Source: an uncultured Planctomycetota bacterium (GTDB taxonomy: Bacteria > Planctomycetota > Planctomycetia > Isosphaerales > Isosphaeraceae). Taken from it: a stretch of DNA of 64,000 bases. The DNA is taken from positions 1,376,001 to 1,440,000 of the forward strand of contig CAWGMQ010000003.1 in assembly GCA_963823665.1 (NCBI GenBank), in the 5' to 3' direction. The notes under the pieces were generated by a model, which had not been told where the DNA came from, did no database searches, and saw nothing but the letters and a program-made list of their open reading frames with translations. Shown one piece after another: positions 63,947 to 64,000 of the stretch (positions are counted from its first letter, which is position 1; every line of letters begins with the position of its first letter). The translations under genes were made by a program, and so were the position numbers.

Positions 63947-64000
63947 ATGGTGAAGTCGGCGTCTGCTGCCTTTGTCTTGTTGCTCCTCGGGGCCCACGGG
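63947..64000 (+). CDS. Start of a probable secreted protein (truncated by window end)
   Basis: GAGG RBS, then MVKSASAAFVLLLLGAHG. Confidence 0.4.
   Translation, partial: MVKSASAAFVLLLLGAHG

Overview
GC-rich bacterial DNA, almost certainly from a planctomycete (Isosphaeraceae-like). The evidence is DUF1501, planctomycete cytochrome c/WD40, a Ser/Thr kinase-TPR, an ECF sigma factor with a long C-terminal extension, PEP-CTERM proteins and LExRxLL extracellular proteins. At least a dozen genes carry frameshifts, which suggests an unpolished long-read assembly. About 1-35 kb looks like core genome (TolC, ArsR, SCO, creatininase, GDH, AsmA-like, XPB-like helicase plus DUF790, RluE, PA0069-type radical SAM). 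About 36-64 kb is accessory: an IS1182-family element, a Gly-rich surface protein, an array of short or decayed ORFs, YhcG, an orphan TIR protein and an ART-like gene pair. Main highlights: (1) a 56-aa double-glycine-leader peptide (15679-15849) followed by a structured terminator and an NHLM-type HlyD adaptor, between a membrane kinase-TPR and a secreted TPR protein, with no maturase or C39 transporter in the window; (2) an IS1182 inserted exactly in the loop of a REP-like hairpin; (3) a strand-scrambled radical SAM relic; (4) an orphan TIR protein with an unknown C-terminal domain. All family calls come from motif recognition by eye; no searches were run. No tRNA, rRNA or CRISPR array was seen.
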